From Amoebidium appalachense (Eukaryota; Protista; Ichthyosporea), in assembly GCA_963693365.1 (NCBI GenBank), contig CAVNZM010000013.1:3314722-3378721 (forward strand): DNA of 64,000 bases. Reading direction: 5' to 3'. The notes beneath the pieces are model-generated. The model was not told the origin of the DNA and ran no database searches. It was given only the letters and a program-made list of their open reading frames with translations. Below are positions 63,092-64,000 of this stretch, in pieces (the stretch's first letter is position 1; the number at the start of each line of letters is the position of its first letter). Both the position numbers and the translations under genes were made by a program.

Positions 63092-64000
63092 ATGGCTACG
63101 AATAATGATTTTAGCACCACCACCGAGCTACTCAAAGGCCAACCCAACCCAGGCCCGTGGTATCGTCAACGACGCTACCAAATAGGTGCGTGTGTGGGTG
63201 TCGTAGCGTTAGCCGCAGCAGTTGCGGTGCCGTGCGCACTGCTGCTTAGGAATAAAATCGAGTCGTCTTCAAAAATTAGCGACTCGTCCGTCATCAACGA
63301 TAAACCAGCGGGGGACCAAAACATCACAGGTGTGGTAGTTGTGGACCCGAATTCGAATGGTGGAGACGATCTGAAACCTGTCTGCGGCGAGAGCGAGGGG
63401 AGGAATTCCGTGGTTATCAACGAGGTGTGGGTGGGCAAGCCACAGGAATGGGTGGAGTTGCGCAACACAAACACAGACTGCGACGTGCCGCTTGACGCCT
63501 GGGCCCTGCGCGATTCAAATCCCGCACACGCACCTCTCGGCTTCAAGGGGCCCTGTGGCCGCCTGCCTGCGGGGGGATACCTTGTTGTGGGCAGGGGCAA
63601 GGGCGAGTGCATGTTCGACTTTGGGCTGTCAGACAAGAGTGAATCGGTACTGCTCTACGCACAGGGCACGCTTTTGGCCAACGTCACGTGGTCACAGAAG
63701 ATTCCAGATGACGCCAGCTACGCACGCAACAACGACGGCACATATGCCCCCACCCTCACAGTCACTAAGGGTGGCCCCAACACGGCAAAGGCACCGCCCC
63801 CCTTCGACTTCTACCGCACCTACCCCATTGCTGACCCACCCTCCGCCTATGGCCCGAACGTGTCATGGAACACCGTGGATGATTTGGAAATCAAAACGTG
63901 GGACACCCCCACGGCAAAATGGGCCGACATGTACAACCAACCGCGCCACCTGGGAAACTCTACACCAACCATCTCGATTCGCGCGTGCATTCGCTCGAAA
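63092..64000 (+). CDS. Type II membrane protein with a lamin-tail domain (LTD); 3'-partial and absent from the ORF track; possibly CotH-type downstream
   Basis: 303 open codons: MATNNDF...WYRQRRYQIGACVGVVALAAAVAVPCALLL (basic patch plus TM helix), then VVINEV...EWVELRN...LDAWALRD...LPAGGYLVV...FDFGLSDKSESVLLY...SYAR..DG......TKGGPN, the bacterial-type LTD pattern. Confidence 0.85.
   Translation, partial: MATNNDFSTTTELLKGQPNPGPWYRQRRYQIGACVGVVALAAAVAVPCALLLRNKIESSSKISDSSVINDKPAGDQNITGVVVVDPNSNGGDDLKPVCGESEGRNSVVINEVWVGKPQEWVELRNTNTDCDVPLDAWALRDSNPAHAPLGFKGPCGRLPAGGYLVVGRGKGECMFDFGLSDKSESVLLYAQGTLLANVTWSQKIPDDASYARNNDGTYAPTLTVTKGGPNTAKAPPPFDFYRTYPIADPPSAYGPNVSWNTVDDLEIKTWDTPTAKWADMYNQPRHLGNSTPTISIRACIRSK

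Overview
This is eukaryotic nuclear DNA with a very high load of (CA/GT)n, (GA)n and poly-C/poly-G tracts, so most entries in the ORF track are translated microsatellites. The gene content suggests a holozoan, possibly an ichthyosporean-like protist; this is inference only. Genes I could support by hand: UDP-glucose 6-dehydrogenase exon 1 (-), an intronless mitochondrial MaoC/HTD2-type dehydratase (+), a multi-exon membrane protein of unknown family (+), an intronless forkhead transcription factor (-), an 11-exon SH3BP5-family gene with a GC donor (-), an intronless bacterial-type YdeI/OmdA protein (-), a 6-exon Rab4 (-), a secreted trypsin-fold pseudo-protease (+), and a type II membrane lamin-tail-domain protein running off the right end (+). 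Non-coding features include three TIR elements (hAT-like, Mutator-like, Harbinger-like) and several minisatellites. The most interesting signals are three. (1) A dispersed, host-sense-oriented intronic repeat family has a ~170-nt head that folds, with compensatory changes between two copies, into a hammerhead-like three-way junction lacking canonical catalytic features. (2) Many 3' splice sites are preceded by (CA)n or poly-G rather than a U-rich tract, and several introns are bracketed by mutually complementary tracts. (3) HTD2 may sit in the last exon of a spliced upstream transcript, like the vertebrate RPP14-HTD2 bicistron. All homology calls are from recalled family motifs; no database search was run.
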